Shown here: positions 20,231-29,741 of the stretch, one piece after another
Layout: every line of letters begins with the position of its first letter
How positions within the stretch are numbered: position 1 is the stretch's first letter
DNA from: Bythopirellula sp.
GTDB lineage: Bacteria; Planctomycetota; Planctomycetia; Pirellulales; Lacipirellulaceae
Assembly: GCA_965216565.1 (NCBI GenBank)
Contig: OZ244170.1
Span: 64,001 to 128,000, forward strand
Direction: 5' to 3'
DNA length: 64,000 bases
Notes under the pieces: generated by a model
Seen by the model: only the letters and a program-made list of their open reading frames with translations
What the model was told of the DNA's origin: nothing
The model's database searches: none
Position numbers and translations under genes: made by a program

Positions 20231-20254
20231 CGTCGAGTAAGTGCCGTCCAATCC

Positions 20255-20833
20255 TCAGACGGCCTGCAAAAATTCGAGCTCCTTGGCAAGACGCTTTCGC
20301 GCCACGTGCAGGCGTCGCTTGATGGTACCGACCGGAGCGGCGAATTCTCCGCTCATCTCCAGAATCGATTGTCCCTTCAAGTAAAACGCTTCCAAGGTGT
20401 TTCGATCGGTGCTAGCCAATCGACGCAAGCCCTGGTGCAACTGCAAAGAACGCTCGTCACTCATCAAGTTGTCCAAAGGAGCAGCGTGCCGCACGTCAGC
20501 TCGATCGATCGTGTGGGGTTCCACAGCGATCGAAGGCGGGCGTCGGGTGCTGTGGTTGATCGACTGTCGAACAGCGATCGACCGCAACCAACCAGCGAAG
20601 GCAGCCGGTTCCTTCAACTGCTCCAGTTTCTGGAATGCCTTGATGAATACCTCCTGCGAGACCTCTTGCGCCTCGGAGTGGTCGCGCAGTCGCTGGCTGC
20701 ACACGGCGTACACCATGCGCTCGAATCGCTGGACCAACTCGCCGAAGGCCTCGGTGTTGCCTTCCTGAGCCAAGTTGACCAAATCTGCAGTTGTGGTTTC
20801 CAATTCGTCGGTGAAAGTAAGTGTAGCGCTCAT
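20255..20833 (-). CDS. ECF-type RNA polymerase sigma factor
   Basis: AFGELVQRF, AQEVSQEVF, FAGWL (region 2); PVGTIKRRLHVARKRL (region 4). Confidence 0.93.
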   Translation of the reverse strand: MSATLTFTDELETTTADLVNLAQEGNTEAFGELVQRFERMVYAVCSQRLRDHSEAQEVSQEVFIKAFQKLEQLKEPAAFAGWLRSIAVRQSINHSTRRPPSIAVEPHTIDRADVRHAAPLDNLMSDERSLQLHQGLRRLASTDRNTLEAFYLKGQSILEMSGEFAAPVGTIKRRLHVARKRLAKELEFLQAV

Positions 20834-21010
20834 GGTTCTCTCGGAGGTTTTCCGATAGGCAATTCGCTGCATGGCTAGCAGACAAAAGTGCCAAGTCGGC
20901 AAATATATAGGGTGGCAAGAACATCGCAAGCAAATGGACCGCTAGCGGCCGCGTGGCTTGCTGCTCGCGCTGAAAAAGGGAGGTGTTGCTAAGACCTAAT
21001 TCACCCAGAT

Positions 21011-21301
21011 TCAGGCAAGGGTGCGACAGCGTGTGTTTAGCACTAGCTGACGCTGACGCCGTTTCGCGACGACGAAACAGCCGACCATCGCTGACGTGCG
21101 ACCGGTCGTGGTCCATGTCGTAAACGGTCGATGCCACATGGAGTGGCGCATCTCATTGATGAGATGGCTCACGCCATAGATCAGCGCGTGTACTGAAGAG
21201 GCAACGCGAGACCCTACGGCTTCGACACGGACGACCAGCTGAATGCCTTGGTTAGCAATGCAGTTGCTAATGGCGCTGATGTTCGATTGTTGAAAACGCA
21301 T
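21011..21301 (-). CDS. Putative 96-aa hypothetical protein upstream of the ECF sigma gene
   Basis: ATG preceded by GAGG; fills the gap between a candidate ECF promoter and the sigma gene; no recognised domain. Confidence 0.45.
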   Translation of the reverse strand: MRFQQSNISAISNCIANQGIQLVVRVEAVGSRVASSVHALIYGVSHLINEMRHSMWHRPFTTWTTTGRTSAMVGCFVVAKRRQRQLVLNTRCRTLA

Positions 21302-21452
21302 GATGGCCCTCGTTGCGCGTTTGCGCTGAAAGAGAGAACGTACTAATGCAGGCTCGACGCGAGCCCACTCCTATTTGAAGTCTGGCAACCTATGAACCGT
21401 CGGTCAAGCGAATAATCAACAGCTAGACCGGGATTCTCCTGCCCGACGCCCC

Positions 21453-21480
21453 TATGACAGTGATTTCGGCAGCTGGGTTC
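21453..21480 (-). promoter_or_regulatory. Candidate ECF-type promoter (GAACCC-N16-GTCATA)
   Basis: Minus strand gaaccc agctgccgaaatcact gtcata, upstream of the small ORF and ECF gene. Confidence 0.45.
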
Positions 21481-21705
21481 GCTGCTGACCGAGAAAAAAG
21501 TCGATTTTCCGAGTGGATGATTGGGCTATTTCACTAAGTCTATTGGTGGCATGAGCTTAGAGCTTCCTGCGGTTTCTATTGTGAACAGAAGAAACCGGAG
21601 GAAATTGATGATGTTGGCGGTGCCGAACAAGAAGATTCACCGCACCCACGACGAGTAACGCTTGCGGTTAAGCCGCTATCGAAGTCCACCCATGTCGGTA
21701 AGAAA

Positions 21706-22626
21706 TTACCCCCGATACCCTTCATGGCAAGCACTACACGACTGCGTTGCCCGCCCCGTTGCACCGCGGGTGGCTTCGTAATCTTCCTGGCGAACCGCCT
21801 TTGTGATTGCCTGCGATGCCTTGCGTAAGTCTTCAGCCATGCTGAGAAACTCTTCGTCTTCGCCGAAGTCGTAGTCCGGATGCTGAATCACTCGAGCCAG
21901 CATGGCTAGCAATTGTGCTTCATGGCTGATGGTATCGGCATTACGCCGGAAGGTGCGTTTGTCGGCAAGGGCCGGCGAGATGTTCGTTTCGACGGCGGTC
22001 TCCATCCGCTGCATGAGTGAGGTTTGCTCAACGAGTTGAGGAGGCGTCGCTGCTACTTCCGGTGGCGTGGTGCCACGGAGTAGATCAGCGAGCACCTGAT
22101 GTGCTTCGCCTGCCGACTTGAAACTCTCGGTAGTGGGTTCGCGGCACGCCTGGGCGGCTTCATAGCAAAGCTGGTGCATCGCGGCGGCACTCGATTGCCA
22201 GCGCGGTTCGCGCTCGTGCTCGGCAATCACCCGAAACAAGGTAGCCAACATGGAGAAATCCTGACGGCATTCGACGTTGCCACCACTCTTGAATGGCCCA
22301 GCCCGACGCAGGGCAATATTCAGGCGATTGGCGATCTTCTTCACCTCAGATGTGAGTGTGTCGGCTTCGACCAGATCGGCCCAGCGCTCGTCGCCTTGAT
22401 TCTTTGCGTCCGTTTGATCCTTCGCTTGTTCGCGTTCGGCCTTCTCAGTGGGCCGTTCTCCCACCAGGTGCTGTCGAGCATCTTCGAAGAAGACGGACGT
22501 CTGCTCCTCGCCAAATTCCGGTGGCTTCGCACGTTTCGATTCTACGCCTTCGGCCTGAGGATTGACGACCGAGATTAGGCTCAAAACTAGACAGAAGGAT
22601 CGCAAGAAGATTCGCATAGCTGCCAT
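21706..22626 (-). CDS. Secreted helical c-type cytochrome (cytochrome c'-like)
   Basis: Signal peptide; C-terminal CSACH..YR heme-binding motif. Confidence 0.75.
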   Translation of the reverse strand: MAAMRIFLRSFCLVLSLISVVNPQAEGVESKRAKPPEFGEEQTSVFFEDARQHLVGERPTEKAEREQAKDQTDAKNQGDERWADLVEADTLTSEVKKIANRLNIALRRAGPFKSGGNVECRQDFSMLATLFRVIAEHEREPRWQSSAAAMHQLCYEAAQACREPTTESFKSAGEAHQVLADLLRGTTPPEVAATPPQLVEQTSLMQRMETAVETNISPALADKRTFRRNADTISHEAQLLAMLARVIQHPDYDFGEDEEFLSMAEDLRKASQAITKAVRQEDYEATRGATGRATQSCSACHEGYRG

Positions 22627-22747
22627 TATCTATCCCTGGTATTACGAAGACAACAGCCAAACATGATACCCTAGAATACCGCTCCAGCTTCGTGTAGGTT
22701 GGCATGTATAGAAGGGTAAATCTCACGAAAAGTCATGCGAGTTGAGA

Positions 22748-24550
22748 ATGTCTAACGAGAATGTAATCGCTCAGGTCGAACAAGCTGCCGCAAACGGGAA
22801 AATTTCTGAGTCGGCTGTTGAAAACATCAAGAATTGGCTCAATGAACCTCGGTACGCCGACTATGCCGACCAGGTGGCCGAGCATGTTGCGGAGGAAAAG
22901 TGGCAAGCACTGGACGACGCTTTTTGGACGATCATTCCGTTCGGGACGGGCGGACGCCGTGGGCGGATGTACCCGATTGGTTCCAATGCAATCAACGACC
23001 GGACGATTGGCGAGAGCGCCCAGGGGATGGCCGACTATGTGAAGGCCAATAACGAGGGTGGCACATTGGCTTGTGCAATCGCTTACGATACTCGTCATCG
23101 TAGCGAACATTTTGCCAAGCTATGCTCCGAAGTAATGGTTGCCGCGGGGTTCAAAGTCTATTATCTGCAGGGACATCGCAGTACACCTGAGTTGTCTTAT
23201 GCGGTGCGATTCAAGAATTGTTCCTGTGGAATCATGGTGACGGCCAGTCATAATCCTCCCAGCGATAATGCGGTAAAAGCTTATTGGTCGACCGGCGGAC
23301 AACTTTTGCCTCCCCACGACAAGGGTGTGATCGATCGCGTCATGTCGGTGGAGAATATCGAACGCGTGCCCTTCGACGAAGCGCTGGCCGATGGCCGCAT
23401 TGAGATTTGCCAAGAGGAAGTCGACCCCGCCTTTATCGAGGCCGTGTTGGAGCAATCGTCGCCGGGCCCTCGCGAGTTGAAGGTCATCTATTCACCTCTG
23501 CACGGCGTGGGAGCCACTGCGGTCGTCCCAGTGTTGGATAAGGCGGGCTTTGAAGACGTAGAAGTTTTTGGACCGCACGAGAAGCCCGATGGCGACTTTC
23601 CGAACGTACCGGGAAACGTTTCGAACCCAGAGAACCCCGAAGTATTCGAGTCAATCGTTGCCCACGCCAGTATGGTCGGTGCGGATCTGGCTGTGGCGAG
23701 TGATCCCGATTGCGATCGCATCGGCTGCTCGGCTCCGCTGACCCAAGCGGACGATGCTCCCTGGGAGATCCTTACCGGCAATCAAATCGGAGCGCTGTTG
23801 GCTGACTATGTGTGTGAAACACGTCAGAAACAGGGAAGTCTTTCCCCCGAAAACTTTATCGTTTCCACACTCGTCACCACGGCACTTACCTCCCGAATTT
23901 GCGAGAGTTATGGCATCCGCTACTTTGGCGATAATCTGGTGGGGTTCAAATGGATTGCAGGAGTAATTGACGACCAAGGTGCCGACCAGTTTCTGTACGG
24001 CACCGAAGAATCGTACGGTTACATGGCCGGCCAGCATGTTCGCGATAAAGACGGCGCGGTAGCTGCCCTATTACTTTGCGAACTTGCCGCCAAACTGAAA
24101 GCCGACGGACAAACGCTCCACGAAAAACTGGAAGCTCTCTTCTGGCAACATGGTGTACATCAGGAACGGACAGTCTCTGTGCAAATGCCCGGTAGCGAAG
24201 GCATGCAGCGGATGAAAGAGGTGATGGCCCAGTTCCGCAGCGACCCTCCCAAAGAAGTCGCCGGAGCAGGCATCAAGCAAATACGCGATTACAAGCAAAA
24301 CTTGACCCTGTACCCAGACGGATCGACAAAGCCCCTGGAACGTCCGCATGGCGACCTAGTGATTATCGATTTGGAAGAGGATGGCAACTATGTTGCCGTA
24401 AGACCCAGCGGCACCGAACCCAAGATCAAGCTGTACATGTTCACCTACGAACCGCCGGAGCAGCTCTCAAGTATTGCCCTGGCGAAAGACAAACTTTCTG
24501 AACGATTAGACAAGATGGAAGCCGACTTGCGAGCATTCGCCGGTGTGTAA
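22748..24550 (+). CDS. Phosphoglucomutase/phosphomannomutase
   Basis: FGTGGRRG, TASHNP, DPDCDR, GFKWI, EESYG, RPSGTEPKIK. Confidence 0.95.
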   Translation: MSNENVIAQVEQAAANGKISESAVENIKNWLNEPRYADYADQVAEHVAEEKWQALDDAFWTIIPFGTGGRRGRMYPIGSNAINDRTIGESAQGMADYVKANNEGGTLACAIAYDTRHRSEHFAKLCSEVMVAAGFKVYYLQGHRSTPELSYAVRFKNCSCGIMVTASHNPPSDNAVKAYWSTGGQLLPPHDKGVIDRVMSVENIERVPFDEALADGRIEICQEEVDPAFIEAVLEQSSPGPRELKVIYSPLHGVGATAVVPVLDKAGFEDVEVFGPHEKPDGDFPNVPGNVSNPENPEVFESIVAHASMVGADLAVASDPDCDRIGCSAPLTQADDAPWEILTGNQIGALLADYVCETRQKQGSLSPENFIVSTLVTTALTSRICESYGIRYFGDNLVGFKWIAGVIDDQGADQFLYGTEESYGYMAGQHVRDKDGAVAALLLCELAAKLKADGQTLHEKLEALFWQHGVHQERTVSVQMPGSEGMQRMKEVMAQFRSDPPKEVAGAGIKQIRDYKQNLTLYPDGSTKPLERPHGDLVIIDLEEDGNYVAVRPSGTEPKIKLYMFTYEPPEQLSSIALAKDKLSERLDKMEADLRAFAGV

Positions 24551-24551
24551 C

Positions 24552-24581
24552 TTACCACGGAGCCACGGAGGGCACGGAGAG
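24552..24581 (+). repeat. CACGGAG-type 9-mer tandem repeat
   Basis: accacggag ccacggag ggcacggag; related arrays at 42377-42410, 24764-24800 (inverted) and 61716-61782. Confidence 0.65.
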
Positions 24582-24844
24582 CGGTACAGGATTTCGAAAT
24601 GATAGAATGAAAATGTTAGTGGGTGGCCAGGTTTAGAGCACTTCTAACATCTACGTCCCGCCACTTGGTTGGCGGTGTCTGCCAAGACACTGCGAAATAT
24701 ACACGGGGCAGCAGAACGCCAACACTGAAATCCTCCTAGCAAGATCTTGTCCCACCTTTTTGCTTCGTGTGTGCATCGTGTTCTTCGTGTCTTCGTAGTT
24801 TGTCCCTTTCCAGAGTCGGTGAGGCGGCCTACGATTACCTCGTC

Positions 24845-26218
24845 ATGGCAGAAACTCCCGCACAATCAGACAGCCCCCAGCCAGAGCCTCCCAAAACGCA
24901 GGCCGACTTTTTCCTGCGTGCTAGCGACAAGGTCAAAGCTAAGTTCCCGAATACTCCGGGGGTGTATCTGTTCCAAGATCAGTCTGGACGGGTGCTATAT
25001 GTGGGGAAGGCTAAGAATCTAAGAGCACGCGTAGGCAGTTACTTCCTGCAGGCGGCCTTCGAGGATCAGCGAACCGCGCGACTTGTACGAGAAGCCTACG
25101 ACGTCGATTTTTTGGAAGCGGAGAGCGAAGTCGATGCCTTGCTGATGGAAGCGAGGCTTGTCAAAGATATTCAGCCTAAGTTCAATCGCGAGCTGCGTGA
25201 TGACAAAACGTTTCCCTACTTGCAGATCACAACGCACGAAGAATTCCCCAGAGTCGAAATCACCCGCGAGCCTCGAACGAGCGGCGTGAAGCTCTATGGT
25301 CCTTTCAGCAACGTCGGCAGCTTGCGGGGGGCTCTCCAGGTGCTGCAGCGAGTTTTTCAGTTTCGCACTTGCTCGCTTGATATTGCTGAAGACGACGAGC
25401 GCTGGCGATGGTTTCGCCCGTGCCTGTTAGCATCGATTCGGCAGTGTACGGCGCCGTGCAACTTACGCATCTCCAAGGAAGAGTACCGAAAAGATATTGC
25501 CCGACTCAAGAAGTTCTTAGAGGGCAACCGGAAATCGCTGCTCAAAGAAATGCGGTCCGAAATGCAGGAGGCCGCTGAGGCCAGGCGTTACGAGCAGGCG
25601 GCACGATTGCGCGATGAAATAGCAATGCTCGAGTCCCTCGACGACCGGGGCGACTTGGAAAAACACGATCAGCCAGAAGTGTTTTATATGGATCCCAAGA
25701 AGGGCTTGGCTGGACTTCGAAAAGTATTACAGCTTGAGACTCAGCCCCGGACCATCGAAGGCATGGATATCGCCCATCTGGCGGGAGAAGAGACAGTGGC
25801 AAGCCTGGTGCAATTCATCGATGGTATGCCCTTCAAGCCCGGCTACCGTCGCTATCGTATCCGCGAGGTGGAAGGAATCGACGATTATGCCAGCATGCAG
25901 GAAGTCGTCTCGCGGCGATTTGCCAGACTTCAGGAGGAGTCGGAAGTCTTTCCCGATATCTTGCTCATCGACGGTGGTAAAGGGCAGTTGGGAAGAGCAG
26001 TGCGTGCGTTCGAAGCGCTCGACATCGAACCGCCGTTGGTTCTCTCGCTAGCGAAGAAGGAAGAGCTCATTTACGTGAACGGACGCAAAGAACCATTGCG
26101 GCTAACACGGCAATCTTTTGCTCTTCGGCTATTACAATACGTGCGAGACGAATCGCATCGATTCGCGCAACACTATCATCATCTCTTGCGTCGCAAGAAG
26201 ACTCTCGGCGGCGAATAG
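24845..26218 (+). CDS. uvrC: Excinuclease ABC subunit C (short form)
   Basis: GIY-YIG (PGVYLF...YVGKAKNLR), Cys cluster, UVR domain, RNase H-like LIDGGKGQL, RDESHRFA. Confidence 0.93.
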   Translation: MAETPAQSDSPQPEPPKTQADFFLRASDKVKAKFPNTPGVYLFQDQSGRVLYVGKAKNLRARVGSYFLQAAFEDQRTARLVREAYDVDFLEAESEVDALLMEARLVKDIQPKFNRELRDDKTFPYLQITTHEEFPRVEITREPRTSGVKLYGPFSNVGSLRGALQVLQRVFQFRTCSLDIAEDDERWRWFRPCLLASIRQCTAPCNLRISKEEYRKDIARLKKFLEGNRKSLLKEMRSEMQEAAEARRYEQAARLRDEIAMLESLDDRGDLEKHDQPEVFYMDPKKGLAGLRKVLQLETQPRTIEGMDIAHLAGEETVASLVQFIDGMPFKPGYRRYRIREVEGIDDYASMQEVVSRRFARLQEESEVFPDILLIDGGKGQLGRAVRAFEALDIEPPLVLSLAKKEELIYVNGRKEPLRLTRQSFALRLLQYVRDESHRFAQHYHHLLRRKKTLGGE

Positions 26219-26233
26219 ACGGTTGACTTGGGA

Positions 26234-26386
26234 TTACGTGAAGTAAACGGCATAGATGTCCGCCACGGCTGGGGCCATCGATAGGCCGAGAATAATGCTA
26301 ACGGCCCAAAGCACGTCTCGTTTCTGTAGTGGTCGGAGGTCTTCATTCAGTTCAGCAAGAAGTTCCGGGCTGATTGTGTCAGTCAT
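26234..26386 (-). CDS. Small 50-aa putative membrane protein (below the ORF-track cutoff)
   Basis: MTDTISPELLAELNEDLRPLQKRDVLWAVSIILGLSMAPAVADIYAVYFT*, GGAG RBS 8 nt upstream, one hydrophobic helix. Confidence 0.55.
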   Translation of the reverse strand: MTDTISPELLAELNEDLRPLQKRDVLWAVSIILGLSMAPAVADIYAVYFT

Positions 26387-26531
26387 CTTGATGGCTCCGA
26401 AGGGCTGAAAAGCGGAGATGAGTCGAGGGTGTCTAGGAACACGCCTATCTAAAATCTAGCTCACGAATTTGAGTTGTGCTGGAAGCGATCTGAATCTTCG
26501 GATTTTTCTATCGCCAGCGAATTTGAGGCTG

Positions 26532-26659
26532 TGGGAATCTGGCCCATTTTTCTGTTCGGGCTACTTGCAGAAGCGGGCTGATTCGTTAGAATGCTTACAC
26601 ACATGGGAAATAGGCCCATTTAGATAGAAAAATAGATAAATTAGTGGGTTAATAACCCA
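26532..26659 (+). promoter_or_regulatory. mraZ promoter region: TTGCAG-N16-TAGAAT and three TGGG-N7-CCCA boxes
   Basis: Boxes at 26532-26546, 26604-26618, 26645-26659; -35/-10 at 26565-26592. Confidence 0.6.
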
Positions 26660-26713
26660 ATAGTGCCACGGAGGGGTTGTTGCACAGTTCGGCCTACAGG
26701 CCCAAAGAAATAC

Positions 26714-27214
26714 ATGACCAATGATGCCACGCTAGTGGGCGAAGGGCTGTTCCTGGGGGAATGGGCTCGTTCGCTCGATGATCGGTTTCGCCTATCTCTT
26801 CCGCCCGAGTGGTCGGAAGGCTTGGCAGGTGAATCGGCAACTTGCGTTTTGGCGAAGGAGCGTCCCGGTTGCGTCAGCGTCTGGAACGCTCAGAGTTGGG
26901 ACGAATCCATGGCCGACGGAGTGTCGTTAGTAGCTGGCAAGATTCGCAGCGGTCGACTCACCAATCGGATCGATCAAGTTCAGAAGTTGGGTCGCTTATT
27001 GTCAACTCGACATCGCACCGTGCCGATTGCTGGACGAGGCCGCTTGGTTGTACCAGACAGTTTTCGCGACTTCTTAGAGGTCGAAGCAGGAGGGGAATTG
27101 TTGGTTGTAGGAGCTGCGATTTGTGTCGAGCTTTGGCATCCACGCCGCTGGAGCGAGCATATTGGTGATCAGATGCCCCAATTCAGAGAGTTATTCGATC
27201 AGTTAGCCGATTGA
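26714..27214 (+). CDS. mraZ: Transcriptional regulator MraZ
   Basis: FLGEWARSLDDRFRLSLP and GRGRLVVP..FR...VVGA...VELW duplicated AbrB-like motifs. Confidence 0.85.
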   Translation: MTNDATLVGEGLFLGEWARSLDDRFRLSLPPEWSEGLAGESATCVLAKERPGCVSVWNAQSWDESMADGVSLVAGKIRSGRLTNRIDQVQKLGRLLSTRHRTVPIAGRGRLVVPDSFRDFLEVEAGGELLVVGAAICVELWHPRRWSEHIGDQMPQFRELFDQLAD

Positions 27215-27239
27215 TAAGTCCCCACCTACCAATAGGTCA

Positions 27240-27414
27240 CCCTACGCAGGAAGCACAGATTAGTACGGAAACAAGACACGTCATGCCCGGTTGGCATTAA
27301 TAGTCCACTACCCCGTCCGTTTGTCACCCGGTGCGGGATGCAAGTCATATTTTGGATGGACTGTTGATCCATGCAGGCCAAGTCAGGACCTGCCGGGCAT
27401 GGCGTTGTTTTTTT
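27240..27414 (+). ncRNA. Candidate structured RNA downstream of mraZ, ending in a U-tract
   Basis: Stems 27278-27291/27392-27405 and 27296-27307/27357-27368, each with two G-U pairs valid only on +; family not recognised. Confidence 0.45.
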
Positions 27415-27464
27415 ATAGGTTAAGATTTGAGGGAGCAGGGTGAGTAAAGATTGAAAGCCGTAAG

Positions 27465-27860
27465 TCAGCTCTGCGGTGGGGCGGCAGCCTGGGCTTGGAC
27501 AAATGCCATGCGAAGCTGGTGAAGCAAGTTGGTGAGGCCAGTATCTTCGTCAGACGAGAGATTGCCCTTAGTCTTTTCCTGTAGAACTTCAATCATATCG
27601 ATCGCATAGCGGGCCTGTGCGATATTGATTTCTAGTTTCTCGGTGCCGTATTGGGGTATTTGTCCCATCGACATCATTGCTTCGGTGGCCAGTGACGTGA
27701 GCAGCATCTCCAGAGACGCTGGGGGCATTTGGGGCTGAGCTCCGCCCGCTGCCGACTCTTCGACAGGCTCCGACTTGCCTTCTTCTGCTAGAGCCTCTTT
27801 TTCTGCCTGAACACTGGTCTTCCAGTCTTCGTCGATGATGATCTTCTTCTCTTCGCTCAT
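27465..27860 (-). CDS. DUF1844 domain protein
   Basis: IIIDEDWK, A..AID...VLQEKTKGNL...E...L...LHQLRMAFV. Confidence 0.88.
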   Translation of the reverse strand: MSEEKKIIIDEDWKTSVQAEKEALAEEGKSEPVEESAAGGAQPQMPPASLEMLLTSLATEAMMSMGQIPQYGTEKLEINIAQARYAIDMIEVLQEKTKGNLSSDEDTGLTNLLHQLRMAFVQAQAAAPPQS

Positions 27861-27893
27861 GGTTTTACCCTATCAATGTCAATTGTTATTAAC

Positions 27894-29576
27894 TTAGGCC
27901 GATTCTTCGGCCGCCTGTTGCGAAGTCTGTTCCAGAGAGGCATCTGCCGACTTCCCGGAGGTACGCTCATTGCGCTCCGCTCGGTGTTTGACAGTGGCCT
28001 CGACAAAACCTGTGAATAATGGATGCGAAGCAGTTGGCTTCGACTTAAATTCTGGGTGATACTGCACAGCAACAAACCAAGGTTGCTCTGGGATTTCGAC
28101 GATTTCCACCAAGGCATCGTCAGGGCTGGTGCCAGCAATTAATAGGCCATTAGCTTCGAACTGTTGCCGATAGCGATTGTTGAATTCGTAGCGATGACGA
28201 TGGCGTTCTTCGATTTCCTCCGTGCCATAGCACTCTGCTGAGTGGCTCCCCGGAGTCAACTTGGCAGGCTGCGCACCCAATCGCATAGTGCCGCCTTTGT
28301 CTGTAATCGCTCGCTGATCATCCAGCAGACAAATCACCGGGTGTTGCGAGTCCTTGTCAAATTCGGTTGAATGAGCATCTTCGAGACCACAGACATTGCG
28401 TGCAAATTCTACTACTGCGCACTGCAATCCTAGGCAAATGCCAAAGAATGGAATCTTCTTTTCGCGGGCGTAGCGGATCGCGGCTACCTTGCCTTCGATA
28501 CCCCGTTCACCAAACCCACCTGGCACAAGAATGCCGTCGTAGCCGGATAGTAAACGCTCGGGACCCTCGGCCTCGACGTCTTCACTGCGAATCCGGCCGA
28601 TGCGAATCTGAGCAGCGTTTGCCATACCTGCATGGTCGAGTGACTCGTAGATTGATTTGTAGGCATCTCTGTGGTCGGCATACTTTCCCACGACTGCTAT
28701 GCTCACTTCGTGTTCGGGATTGCGGAGCCGCTGCAGTAGATCACGCCAATCGTTGATGTCTGGCTCGGGCGTAGATACCCCAAGTTTGCGACAAATGAGA
28801 GAGTCCAGTTTATTATCAACCAGACTCAATGGTACCTCGTAAATCGAAAAGTCCTTGTCACGTTCTTCTATGACGGCCTCTTCAGAGATGTTGCAGAACA
28901 AGGCAATCTTCTCGCACTCTTCCCGGCTAATCGGTTGTTCAGTTCGACAAATCAAGATGTCGGGTTGGATACCGATCTCGCGGAGCTGACCCACGGAGTG
29001 TTGGGTTGGTTTGGTCTTCAGCTCGCGTGCCGCCTTCAAGTAGGGCACCAGTGTGAGATGAATATACAGGCAGTTTTCTTTGCCTACGTCGAGAGCGAAC
29101 TGCCGAATGGCTTCTAGGTAGGGCAAGCTCTCGATGTCACCGACCGTACCCCCTATTTCGGTGATAACGACATCAACGTCGTTTTCGCCAACTTTCTTGA
29201 TTACTGATTTGATTTCATTAGTGACATGAGGAATGACCTGCACGGTCTTGCCCAGAAATTCGCCTCGGCGTTCTTTGTTGATCACCGACTGATAGATTTG
29301 GCCAGTTGTGTAGTTTGAATCGCGTGTCAGTTCGGAATTGGTAAAGCGTTCGTAATGGCCCAGATCGAGATCGGTCTCGCTGCCGTCGTCCAGCACGTAA
29401 ACTTCGCCGTGCTGATAAGGACTCATTGTGCCGGGATCGACATTGATATAAGGATCAAGTTTTTGCATCCGCACGGTTAGACCGCGTCGCTCGAGCAGCA
29501 TGCCAATCGAGGCACTGGTGAGACCCTTGCCGAGAGAGCTGACAACGCCACCGGTAACGAATATATGCTTGGCCAT
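27894..29576 (-). CDS. pyrG: CTP synthase
   Basis: [44 protein letters not shown]. Confidence 0.99.
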   Translation of the reverse strand: MAKHIFVTGGVVSSLGKGLTSASIGMLLERRGLTVRMQKLDPYINVDPGTMSPYQHGEVYVLDDGSETDLDLGHYERFTNSELTRDSNYTTGQIYQSVINKERRGEFLGKTVQVIPHVTNEIKSVIKKVGENDVDVVITEIGGTVGDIESLPYLEAIRQFALDVGKENCLYIHLTLVPYLKAARELKTKPTQHSVGQLREIGIQPDILICRTEQPISREECEKIALFCNISEEAVIEERDKDFSIYEVPLSLVDNKLDSLICRKLGVSTPEPDINDWRDLLQRLRNPEHEVSIAVVGKYADHRDAYKSIYESLDHAGMANAAQIRIGRIRSEDVEAEGPERLLSGYDGILVPGGFGERGIEGKVAAIRYAREKKIPFFGICLGLQCAVVEFARNVCGLEDAHSTEFDKDSQHPVICLLDDQRAITDKGGTMRLGAQPAKLTPGSHSAECYGTEEIEERHRHRYEFNNRYRQQFEANGLLIAGTSPDDALVEIVEIPEQPWFVAVQYHPEFKSKPTASHPLFTGFVEATVKHRAERNERTSGKSADASLEQTSQQAAEESA

Positions 29577-29741
29577 AATGCAAAATACCTTCCTGGCTGC
29601 TCCGCGACCGAACTTGCCGCGGTCCGCTTACGGTGAAGCGAGTAAATCCCTGATGCCTGTCACCTACGAGTAGCAACCGCTTGCTACCCAACCCATCCAT
29701 TCTACCGCAGTTTGACGACTGCGCGGAGGGCCGGCATTTGG

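Noticed and set aside
21608..21658. 16-codon ORF MMLAVPNKKIHRTHDE after GGAGG
   Set aside because: Too short to support without conservation or translation data
27231..27256. AGGTCA...AGGAAGCA resembles SRP RNA domain IV
   Set aside because: Lacks the CAGG internal loop, GNRA tetraloop and the long enclosing helix
27376..27396. AAGTCAGGACCTGCC resembles the 3' end of a cobalamin riboswitch
   Set aside because: Upstream GGGAA, CTGT-core and GCCACTG elements are not present in order, and no gene follows on this strand
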